Source: Candidatus Omnitrophota bacterium (GTDB lineage: Bacteria; Omnitrophota; Gorgyraeia; Aquiviventales; Aquiviventaceae). Taken from it: a stretch of 64,000 bases of DNA. A program made the position numbers and the translations under genes. The stretch spans positions 857 to 64,856 of the forward strand of contig JACPAY010000001.1 of NCBI GenBank assembly GCA_016180575.1, given 5' to 3'. Under the pieces are notes generated by a model that was not told the DNA's origin, did not search any database, and saw only the letters and a program-made list of their open reading frames with translations. Below are positions 17,658-25,127 of this stretch, one piece after another (positions within the stretch are counted from its first letter, which is position 1; every line of letters starts with the position of its first letter).

Positions 17658-18041
17658 CTACCCCTCCGTGCCGTTTGCCAGCGCCTGCTCGATGGTCCGC
17701 AGGAGCTGGGCGTGGTCGATCGGCTTGTTGATGAGGCCGTCGGCTTCCCGCTGGACCGCAGCGGTGATCGCCGTGACGTCGTCGTGGTACACCGAGCACA
17801 GCACGACCGGCGCCTGCGGCCGCATCGCCTTGAGCGAGCGCAGCACCACCCCGCCGTCCATCCCGGGCATGTTGAAATCCGTGATGATGAGGTCGAACAG
17901 CTCGGCCTCGGCCCGCTCCAACCCCTCCGGGCCCGAGTAGGCGACGGCCACGTCGTAGGTCCCGGTCCGCTCGAGGTTGAGCTTCATGACCAGGCACAGG
18001 TCGCGCTCGTCGTCGATCAGCAGGATCCGCTTCTTCGTCAT
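17658..18041 (-). CDS. single-domain response regulator (CheY-like)
   Basis: The track ORF was trimmed to the ATG at 18041 (MTKKRILLIDDERD...IITDFNMPGMDG...INKP). The start overlaps the kinase stop (ATGA). Confidence 0.85.
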   Translation of the reverse strand: MTKKRILLIDDERDLCLVMKLNLERTGTYDVAVAYSGPEGLERAEAELFDLIITDFNMPGMDGGVVLRSLKAMRPQAPVVLCSVYHDDVTAITAAVQREADGLINKPIDHAQLLRTIEQALANGTEG

Positions 18042-19312
18042 CCGGGCACCTCGTGGACGATCGGCAGCACGATGGTGACCGTCGTCCCGCGCCCCTCGTG
18101 GCTCGCGAGGCTGATCCCGCCGCGGTGCTTCTCGACGATGGACCGCGAGATCGCCAACCCGAGGCCCGTCCCCTGGCCCGCCGGCTTCGTCGTGAAGAAC
18201 GGCTCGAACGCCTTCTGGACCTGGTCCGCCGGGATGCCGACGCCGGTGTCGGCGACGTCGCAGCGCACCGCAGCCTCCCCCGGCCGCCACGTCATCAGGG
18301 CCCGCCGAGCCAGCTCCACGGGGAGGCTCTCCGGCGCGGCGGCGGCGGTCCGGAGGGTCAGCTCGCCGCCCTTCGGCATCGCCTGGAGGGCGTTCAGGAT
18401 CACGTTGATGAAGACCTGCTTCATCTGGTTCTCGTCGATGACCACCGGCGGCAGCCCGTCAGCGAACGCCTGCCGCACCGCGATGTTCTGGAGCGCCAGC
18501 TGCTTCTCGACCAGCCCCAGCGAGTCCCGGATGACCTGCGCGATGTCGCAGGGCTTCGGCTCAAGCGGCCGCTGCCGGGAGAAGTTCAGCAGGTCGCGCA
18601 CGATGCGGTCCGACCGCATCACGGCCTCCTTGATCATCCGCAGGACCTCGAACCCCTCGGCGTCCTCCGGGCCGACCCGCCCCTCCAGGTAGTCGACCCC
18701 CTGCAGGATGATGCCCAGGGGGTTCTTGACCTCGTGCGCGACCCCGCTGGCGAGCTGGCCGATCGCCGCCATCTTCTCGGCGTGCACGAGCATCGCCTGC
18801 GTGTTCTTGAGCTCCTTGTAGGCCGTGTCGAGCTCGGCCGCGCGCTTGCGCGCCGCCACGGCCGAGTCGGCCGCCTCGGCGGCGAGCCGCTGCTCTTTCT
18901 CCTCCGCCCGCCGGCGCTCGGTGATGTCGCGGATGGCGACCACCGTGCTCAGCTCCTGCCGGCTGAACTGGACGCGGGCGGCGAACACCTCCAGCACCAC
19001 TGGCTGGCCGCCCCCCCGATATTCATAGCTTCCGATGGCGTTCGGCCGGCCGTTCAGGGCCAGGTGGATCGGATGGGCATGCGGGGGGAGGGGTTTGCCG
19101 CCGTCTTCAAGCGGCAGCAGGTCGACGAGCCGGGCGCCCAGCACTGCGGCGTCCAGCCGGTCCACGAGGCGGCGGAACGGCGCGTTGTACCACTGGACCC
19201 GCCCGTCTCCGTCGAGCCAGACCAGGGCGTCGACGATGGCGCTCAGCGCGACTTCCAGCTTGCCCAGCTTGGTGCGAAGATCGTCCACCCCGGTGAGGGC
19301 CGCTCCCGCCAT
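18038..19312 (-). CDS. PAS-domain sensor histidine kinase
   Basis: The start was set at the ATG at 19312, which follows an AGGAGG SD. It has a PAS-like N-domain, the H-box GVAHEVKNPL, the N-box NVILNALQA, and the G-boxes DTGVGI / GTGLGLAIS. Confidence 0.85.
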   Translation of the reverse strand: MAGAALTGVDDLRTKLGKLEVALSAIVDALVWLDGDGRVQWYNAPFRRLVDRLDAAVLGARLVDLLPLEDGGKPLPPHAHPIHLALNGRPNAIGSYEYRGGGQPVVLEVFAARVQFSRQELSTVVAIRDITERRRAEEKEQRLAAEAADSAVAARKRAAELDTAYKELKNTQAMLVHAEKMAAIGQLASGVAHEVKNPLGIILQGVDYLEGRVGPEDAEGFEVLRMIKEAVMRSDRIVRDLLNFSRQRPLEPKPCDIAQVIRDSLGLVEKQLALQNIAVRQAFADGLPPVVIDENQMKQVFINVILNALQAMPKGGELTLRTAAAAPESLPVELARRALMTWRPGEAAVRCDVADTGVGIPADQVQKAFEPFFTTKPAGQGTGLGLAISRSIVEKHRGGISLASHEGRGTTVTIVLPIVHEVPG

Positions 19313-19340
19313 CCCGCCTCCTGGTTTCCGCAACAAAAAC

Positions 19341-19368
19341 GCCCCTCCCTCGCCGGCGAGGAAGGGGC
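19341..19368. repeat. loopless GC-rich palindrome
   Basis: GCCCCTCCCTCGCC|GGCGAGGAAGGGGC has 14-bp arms with 1 mismatch. It lies in a divergent intergenic region. Confidence 0.55.
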
Positions 19369-19395
19369 ATCGACACCCTTCGGCAGTCCGCCCTT

Positions 19396-19436
19396 CCGGT
19401 GCCTGGCACTTCGCTTCGCGAAGAGCCAGGCACCGG
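19396..19436. repeat. 19-bp-stem hairpin
   Basis: CCGGTGCCTGGCACTTCGC-ttc-GCGAAGAGCCAGGCACCGG (1 mismatch). It lies between divergently transcribed genes, so it is not a conventional terminator position. Confidence 0.6.
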
Positions 19437-19538
19437 ACGCGTGACTTTGCGTCCCCCGGCTTACGCCGGGTCTGCCCGTTCGAGGGTGACTGCGACTTCT
19501 GCTACCTTAATCTTAAGCATAGCATATAATGGAAGAAA

Positions 19539-20357
19539 ATGGCGGCTTCCGGCATCAAGATTCAGGCTCGTCGGGCGTCCCGGTGGGGGGTCCTCTTCGG
19601 GGGGCTGGCGGCTGCGGGCTGCGTCGGCAGCAGCTTCAACCTCGCGACCCAGGAGCAGGAATACACGATCACCTCCACGGAGAAGGAGGTCGAGGTGGGC
19701 CGCAAGGTGGCCCGCCAGGTCATGGACGAAATGGCCGTCGTGGCGGACGAGCCGCTGCAGCGGCGGGTGCGGGAGATCGGGCAGCGCATCGCCGCGGTCT
19801 GCGACCGGCGCGAGCTGGTCTACCAGTTCGCCGTCATCGCGGATGACGATGTCAACGCCTTCTCCCTGCCCGGGGGCTATGTCTTCCTCAACGACGGCCT
19901 GGTGAAGAAGACGGCGAACGACGACGAGCTGGCGGGGGTGGTGGCGCATGAAGTCGCGCACATCGCCGCGCGCCACGCGGTCAAGCGCTATGAGAGCAGC
20001 CTTGGCCTGCAGATCGTGCAGCTGGCGAGCCTCGCGGCCCGGCGGGGCGCGGCGACCGGGGGCCTCAGCGTGGCGGCGCGGGCGGCCCAGCTCGCCTATG
20101 CCAGGCAGGACGAGCTGGAGGCGGACCGCCTCGCGGTGAAGTACCTGCGGGCGGCGGGCTTCGACCCAAAGGCCATCCTGACGTTCCTGGAGAAGCTGCA
20201 CGACCTCCACGGCGACAAGGCCCAGTACCTGCCGCGCGGCGTCGTGCGGCCGCAGTACGCGATGACCCACCCCTTCGTGCCGGAGCGCACCCTCGCGGTC
20301 AAGGAGGCGCTCTACGGCGTCGCCGACTACATCGACTATCTAAACAGTCCAGAGTAG
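19539..20357 (+). CDS. M48 family metallopeptidase lipoprotein (BepA/YcaL-like)
   Basis: 272 aa. It has the lipobox LAAAGC, the zinc site HEVAHIAARH, and a downstream ELEADR. Confidence 0.85.
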   Translation: MAASGIKIQARRASRWGVLFGGLAAAGCVGSSFNLATQEQEYTITSTEKEVEVGRKVARQVMDEMAVVADEPLQRRVREIGQRIAAVCDRRELVYQFAVIADDDVNAFSLPGGYVFLNDGLVKKTANDDELAGVVAHEVAHIAARHAVKRYESSLGLQIVQLASLAARRGAATGGLSVAARAAQLAYARQDELEADRLAVKYLRAAGFDPKAILTFLEKLHDLHGDKAQYLPRGVVRPQYAMTHPFVPERTLAVKEALYGVADYIDYLNSPE

Positions 20358-20361
20358 TCCT

Positions 20362-20394
20362 GAGACATGGGACAGGAGATATGTCCCATGTCTC
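20362..20394. terminator. hairpin between convergent genes
   Basis: GAGACATGGGAC-aggagatat-GTCCCATGTCTC is a perfect 12-bp stem. The related word CATGTCCCCTGTCTC follows it. Confidence 0.45.
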
Positions 20395-20427
20395 ATGTTT
20401 CATGTCCCCTGTCTCAATCCCTGGTCT

Positions 20428-20607
20428 CTATTCCAGTAGCTTGCCTGCCATCGCCCAGTCGGAGCGCCGCACGTCGCGGAAGACGATCCACACCTGCTCC
20501 TTCGACACCTTGGCGACGTCCACGAACGCCTGCGTGATGGCGTCGGCGAGCTCGGCCTTCTGCTGCGGGCTGCGCCCCTCCAGCCACTCCACGGTGATCA
20601 CCGGCAT
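20428..20607 (-). CDS. 4-oxalocrotonate tautomerase family protein
   Basis: 59 aa, below the track cutoff. My own translation gives MPVITVEWLEGRSPQQKAELADAITQAFVDVAKVSKEQVWIVFRDVRRSDWAMAGKLLE. Pro at position 2 (Pro1 after Met removal) and the beta-alpha-beta pattern are typical. A GGAGGA SD lies 4 nt upstream. Confidence 0.75.
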   Translation of the reverse strand: MPVITVEWLEGRSPQQKAELADAITQAFVDVAKVSKEQVWIVFRDVRRSDWAMAGKLLE

Positions 20608-20627
20608 CCCGTCCTCCTAGAGGTTAT

Positions 20628-20823
20628 CCCAAAACCTTTGGGGCGGGTCCTGCCGCCTCCGGCACCCCGCCGTCCGTCCTCGTCCCGCCGATGGCGGGAC
20701 TGCGGTCGGCGGCAGGGGCCCCCCCTCGCCGGGGGCGGCCCCCCTCTGGCTCGCTGACGCTCGCCATCTCCCCCGTCTTGCGGGGGAGTCACCTCCGGCG
20801 TCACCCGCCAGAGGGGTTTTGGG
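20628..20823. repeat. structured intergenic repeat R4 (GGCGGGT...ACCCGCC family)
   Basis: The terminal inverted repeats are CCCAAAACCTTTGGGGCGGGT / ACCCGCCAGAGGGGTTTTGGG. The inner arm is CCTGCCGC..., and the central hairpin GTCCCGCCGATGGCGGGAC is shared with R3. Confidence 0.65.
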
Positions 20824-20830
20824 ACGCCTT

Positions 20831-22243
20831 CTACGCTTCGACCGCAGATTTCCGCGGCCGGACATGCGCCTGGCGGAGCGCGCGCCGCAGCTCGCCGGCC
20901 AGAAACAGCGACCCGGTCACGACGAGCGCGGCCGGGCCGGAGACGGCGTTGAGCAGGTAGGTGTAGGCGTCCGCCGGATCGGACATCACGTGGACGTCGC
21001 GGCAGAACGGGGCGAGGCGGCGCGCCAGCTCCACCGGCTCGAAGGCGCGCGGGTGGCGGCTCCGGGTGCAGGTCACGCTGACCGCGAGCCCGCCCAGCAG
21101 CTCGCCGATCTGCTCAGGGGATTTGTCCGACGACATACCCACGAGCAGGTGGATGGGGCGCCCCGCGCAGAGCTCAAGGAGGGCCTCGCGCAGCGCCGCC
21201 GCCGCCTGCGTGTTATGCGCGCCGTCCAGGAGCACGAGCGGCTCGTCGCTGACGACCTCGATCCGGCCGGGCCACTCGACCTTGGCGAGGCCGCGCTCCA
21301 CGAGCCCGTGCGGGATGCCCGTGCCGGACAGCGCCTCCACGGCGCCGACCGCCAGCGCCGCGTTGAGCGCCTGATGGCGGCCGACGAGCGGCAGCTCCAC
21401 CGACTCATAAATCCCGCGCAGGCCGGTGAGGGTGAGCTGCAGGCCGTCGAGCGTGTGCTGCGCAATCGCGGCCGTCAGGTCGCGTCCGGCGGTCCAGAGC
21501 GGCACCCCGCGCTCCTCGCAGGAGGCGCGCAGCACCGCCGCCACGCCGTCCTGCTGGGGGGCCGTGAGCGCCACCTGGCCGGGCTTGAGGATCGCCGCCT
21601 TTTCCCCGGCGATGCGCGCCGGGTCGGCGCCCAGGATGTCGGCGTGATCCATGTCGATCGGCCCGAAGACCGAGACCGCCTGGTCCACCACATTGACCGC
21701 ATCCAGCCGGCCTCCCATCCCGACCTCCAGCACCGCGACCTCGACCTGCCGCCGGGCGAAATGGACGAAGGCGGCGGCGGTCAGCGCCTCAAAATAGGTG
21801 GGCGGCTCCTCGGGCGCGGCCCGGCGGCACGCCTCCACGGCCGGCCGGAGCTGCTCGATGGCCTCCGCGAAGTCCTCCTCGCTGATCCAGTCATCCCCCG
21901 CCGTCCGCTCGGCGGCGTCGTGGAATCCGCTCCCGTTATGCTCCGTGCCGGGGGGGCCGGTCCAGACTCGGATGCGCTCGCGCAGGTCCTCCAGGTGGGG
22001 AGAGGTGTAGAGCCCCGCGCGCAGCCGGCTCTCCCGCAGCATGGAATACGCCATGGCGGCGATCGAGCCCTTCCCGTTGGTGCCGGCGACCACCACCGTC
22101 CGGAACCGCCGCTGGGGATCCCCCAGCCTCCGGCAGAGCCCCCGCATGCGCGCCAGCTTCACGCCGCGCATGGCCTGTGGCAGGTGGGTGCGCTCGTAAT
22201 TGACGAGCGAATCGAGATATCCGACCGCCTCTTCGTACGTCAT
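20831..22243 (-). CDS. folC: folylpolyglutamate synthase / dihydrofolate synthase
   Basis: 470 aa. VVVAGTNGKGS carries the P-loop, with ...YTSPHL... and LDGAHN motifs. Confidence 0.9.
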   Translation of the reverse strand: MTYEEAVGYLDSLVNYERTHLPQAMRGVKLARMRGLCRRLGDPQRRFRTVVVAGTNGKGSIAAMAYSMLRESRLRAGLYTSPHLEDLRERIRVWTGPPGTEHNGSGFHDAAERTAGDDWISEEDFAEAIEQLRPAVEACRRAAPEEPPTYFEALTAAAFVHFARRQVEVAVLEVGMGGRLDAVNVVDQAVSVFGPIDMDHADILGADPARIAGEKAAILKPGQVALTAPQQDGVAAVLRASCEERGVPLWTAGRDLTAAIAQHTLDGLQLTLTGLRGIYESVELPLVGRHQALNAALAVGAVEALSGTGIPHGLVERGLAKVEWPGRIEVVSDEPLVLLDGAHNTQAAAALREALLELCAGRPIHLLVGMSSDKSPEQIGELLGGLAVSVTCTRSRHPRAFEPVELARRLAPFCRDVHVMSDPADAYTYLLNAVSGPAALVVTGSLFLAGELRRALRQAHVRPRKSAVEA

Positions 22244-22273
22244 CGCCGTCCGCCCATCGTGTGCCTGCCTCCT

Positions 22274-22813
22274 CTAGCCCTGCTGCTGGCGCTTGCGCCA
22301 CTGCTCCAAGATGCGCCGCAGGTCGCCCTCGGCCGACCGGACGACCAGCGCCCCGACGAGCAGCAGCAGCGAGAACTGCCAGGCATCCTCCGGCCCGATC
22401 ACGAGGCCCGTCTTCACGTCCTCGGCCGCCGCCAGCTGAGCGCTGAAATGCTTGATCGCCTGCTGGAGCGAGTCCTCAAAGAGGTCGAGAGAGGAGAGCT
22501 GGTGGCGGTACTTCAGCGACGGGAACTGGATGCCGCGCACCAAGAGCAGCGTCGCCACCGCGTCCTCGCTCACGTGCAGGTCGCTGTCGAACCCGAACCC
22601 CTCGAAGTGGGGCGAGAAGCCGGGCAGGATGATGGCCGGCCGCTCGATGAGCACCTGGCCCCGCCGGACCACCGTGTCGCCGGGGTTCACCGCCGACTCG
22701 GCGAGGAAGAGGTACGGCACCGCCGTCGCCTCGAAGGTCGAGAGGTCCGAGAGGCGCATCCGCAGGATCTCGGTCTGCTTGCGCGCCTTGTCCCACAACG
22801 CCTGGATGTCCAT
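22274..22813 (-). CDS. hypothetical protein
   Basis: The track ORF was trimmed to the ATG at 22813 (MDIQALWDKARKQ...), 1 nt after the purH stop. It is 179 aa with no recognised domain. Confidence 0.5.
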   Translation of the reverse strand: MDIQALWDKARKQTEILRMRLSDLSTFEATAVPYLFLAESAVNPGDTVVRRGQVLIERPAIILPGFSPHFEGFGFDSDLHVSEDAVATLLLVRGIQFPSLKYRHQLSSLDLFEDSLQQAIKHFSAQLAAAEDVKTGLVIGPEDAWQFSLLLLVGALVVRSAEGDLRRILEQWRKRQQQG

Positions 22814-22814
22814 C

Positions 22815-24380
22815 TCAATGCCGGAAATGCCGGATGCCCGTGAGCAGCATCGCCAGGCCCGCCGCATCCGCCGCCGCCGCCGCCTCGGCGTCGCGGACCG
22901 AGCCGCCGGGCTGGATGACCGCGGTGACCCCGGCCTTGGCCAGCAGCTCGATGCTGTCCGGAAACGGGAAGAACCCGTCCGAGGCGGCCACGGCCTTGCG
23001 GGCGCGCCCGCCCGCCTTCTCAAGCGCCAGGCGCACCGCCCCGACGCGGCTGGGCTGCCCTTGCCCGATGCCGACCGTGGCGCGGTCGCTGGCGAGCACG
23101 ATGCCGTTCGATAGGGCGTGCTTGGCCGCGGTCCAGGCAAACACGAGATCGCCCCGCTCGCGCTCGGTCGGCGCGCGCTTCGTCGCGACCCGCAGCGCGT
23201 CGGCGTTCACGGTCGAGGCATCCGGCTCCTGCAGCAGCCAGCTTCCCAGCACGGAGCGCCACTCGGCCCCCGCGGGGAGGCGGGGCGGCCACTCGAGCGT
23301 CACCACGCGCAGGTTGGGCTTCCTGGCGAACACCGCGGCGGCCTCGGCCTCCACCGACGGCGCCACGACGACCTCGAGGAAGGTGGCGGTCAGCTGCTCC
23401 GCCAGCGCCGCGCCGAGCGGCCGGTTGCACCCGACGATCCCGCCGAACGCGGACTCGGGGTCGCAGGCCAGCGCCCGCTGGCAGGCCGCCAGCGGCTCGG
23501 ACGCGCTGGCCAGCCCGCAGGGGGCGCGGTGCTTGACGACGGCGCACGCCGGCTCCTCAAAGTCCAGGAGGCAGCGCAGGACAGCGTCCGCGTCGAGCAG
23601 GTTGTTGTACGAGAGCTCCTTGCCTTGCCGCTGGGTGAGCGTGGCCAACCCCCACACGGCGCCCGCAGGCACGTACCACGCGCCCGGCTGGTGGGGGTTC
23701 TCGCCATACCGCAGCATCTGGCGCCGCCGGACGCTGAGCGACGCGACCTCAGGCAGCGCGCGGGAGCCGGGGCCGGCAGGGGCCGGCGAGATGCCCTCGC
23801 CCGCCCCTGCGAGGTAGGAGCCGATCGATGTGTCATAGCGGCTCGTCAGGCGGAACGCGGCCGCGGCCAGCTCCCGCGCCAATGGGTCAGGCAGGCGGCC
23901 CTGGTCGCGGCGCAGCGATTCGGCCACCGCCGCGTACTGCGACGGCTCGCAGACGGCCGCGACGTGCGCGAAGTTCTTCGCTGCGGCGCGCAGGAGGGCA
24001 ACGCCGCCGATGTCGATCTGCTCGACCGCCTCCGCCACGGACGCCCCGCGCCGGGCCGTCTCCTCAAAGGGGTAGAGGTTGACGACTACCAGGTCGATGA
24101 GGCCGTCCGCGCCGACCGCCCGCACGTGCGCGGGATCGTCGCGGCGCGCCAGGATGCCCGCGTGGATTTTGGGGTGCAGCGTCTTGACTCTCCCGTCGAG
24201 CTGCTCGGTCGCGCCGGTGAACGCCTCGACCGTCTTCACGGACAGGCCCTGCTGCTGCAGGAATGCCGCCGTGCCGCCGGAGGCGATGAGGTCGACGCCG
24301 AGCCCCGCCAACGCCTTGGCGAACGGTCCCAGGTCGCTCTTGTCATGGCAGCTCAGCAGCGCGCGCCGAACGCTAATCAT
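22815..24380 (-). CDS. purH: bifunctional AICAR formyltransferase / IMP cyclohydrolase
   Basis: MISVRRALLSCHDKSDL...DGRVKTLHPKIHAGILARR...LYPFE... is collinear with PurH over its full length. The ATG at 24380 is preferred over the TTG at 24383. Confidence 0.95.
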   Translation of the reverse strand: MISVRRALLSCHDKSDLGPFAKALAGLGVDLIASGGTAAFLQQQGLSVKTVEAFTGATEQLDGRVKTLHPKIHAGILARRDDPAHVRAVGADGLIDLVVVNLYPFEETARRGASVAEAVEQIDIGGVALLRAAAKNFAHVAAVCEPSQYAAVAESLRRDQGRLPDPLARELAAAAFRLTSRYDTSIGSYLAGAGEGISPAPAGPGSRALPEVASLSVRRRQMLRYGENPHQPGAWYVPAGAVWGLATLTQRQGKELSYNNLLDADAVLRCLLDFEEPACAVVKHRAPCGLASASEPLAACQRALACDPESAFGGIVGCNRPLGAALAEQLTATFLEVVVAPSVEAEAAAVFARKPNLRVVTLEWPPRLPAGAEWRSVLGSWLLQEPDASTVNADALRVATKRAPTERERGDLVFAWTAAKHALSNGIVLASDRATVGIGQGQPSRVGAVRLALEKAGGRARKAVAASDGFFPFPDSIELLAKAGVTAVIQPGGSVRDAEAAAAADAAGLAMLLTGIRHFRH

Positions 24381-24394
24381 CAATCCCCGCTTTC

Positions 24395-24490
24395 GCGTAA
24401 TGCGTAATGCGTAACGCGTAATGGAAAAACTTCAGAAGATCGGTTGCGGGACTGGTACTTACATTACGCATTCCGCATTACGCCTTACGC
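24395..24490. repeat. 29-bp-arm inverted repeat built from GCGTAATG words
   Basis: GCGTAATGCGTAATGCGTAACGCGTAATG, 38 nt, then CATTACGCATTCCGCATTACGCCTTACGC. The right arm encodes the last 10 codons of pabC. Confidence 0.7.
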
Positions 24491-25127
24491 AAGACTGCCG
24501 CATTCCTGCTTGACGAGCTGGCGGAACGCCCGGTGCAGCGAAGAGGACGTCGCGCGTGATGCCGGCCAGCAGGCCGAGCCAGCACGGCGGCGTCAGGATG
24601 ACCCCCCGCGACACCGCCCCGAGGTTGCTCGCCGTGCTCTCCGTCACGCCCCCGAGGGCGTCCATGAACAGCGCCTCGTCGACCCCGCGCAGCTGGGAAT
24701 CCGCGACCGCCAGGACGCTGCCGAGTCGCGCCGAGTACTTGGCGCGCGGGTCGATGGAGCCGACGGAGAACTTGCGCGCGGGGACGACGCTCGCCCGGAT
24801 GCCGCTGCGGTAGGCCGACGCGGGCAGGACGCTGGCCGCCTGCACCACGACGCTCGGCTGCGCCGGTTGGTCCCGCCGGGGCAGCAGCGCCACGCGGACG
24901 ACCGCCTCCTGCAGCCGCGAGCGCGACAGCGCCTGCACCAGCTCTCCCCTCAACCGAGCGCGATCGGGAGGCCGCGTCCCCAGGAACTGCGCGGAGGCAT
25001 AGAGCCGCTCGAGGTGCGCGTCCAGCCTGAAGATGCGCCCGCCGTAGGCCCGCATCGTCTCAAAACAGCCGTTGGAGGCCGCCTCGTGCGGCAGGGCCTC
25101 CGCGCGCGGCTCAACGACTCGCGGCAT
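24459..25127 (-). CDS. pabC: class IV aminotransferase-fold protein, aminodeoxychorismate lyase-like, apparently C-terminally truncated
   Basis: 222 aa. CFETMRAY...HLERL...PRAKYSARL...EALFMD..GGVTESTASNL...TPP....LLAGITRDVL is collinear with PabC/IlvE-type proteins. After GITR only 22 unrelated residues follow, partly repeat-encoded. Confidence 0.65.
   Translation of the reverse strand: MPRVVEPRAEALPHEAASNGCFETMRAYGGRIFRLDAHLERLYASAQFLGTRPPDRARLRGELVQALSRSRLQEAVVRVALLPRRDQPAQPSVVVQAASVLPASAYRSGIRASVVPARKFSVGSIDPRAKYSARLGSVLAVADSQLRGVDEALFMDALGGVTESTASNLGAVSRGVILTPPCWLGLLAGITRDVLFAAPGVPPARQAGMRQSCVRRNAECVM

Noticed and set aside
20381-20620. A 79-aa plus-strand ORF.
   Set aside because: It is antisense to a 59-aa 4-oxalocrotonate tautomerase-family gene that has a strong SD and the conserved N-terminal Pro.
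20819-22843. A 674-aa ORF on the plus strand.
   Set aside because: It is antisense to folC and the following hypothetical gene, and no recognisable domain is present.
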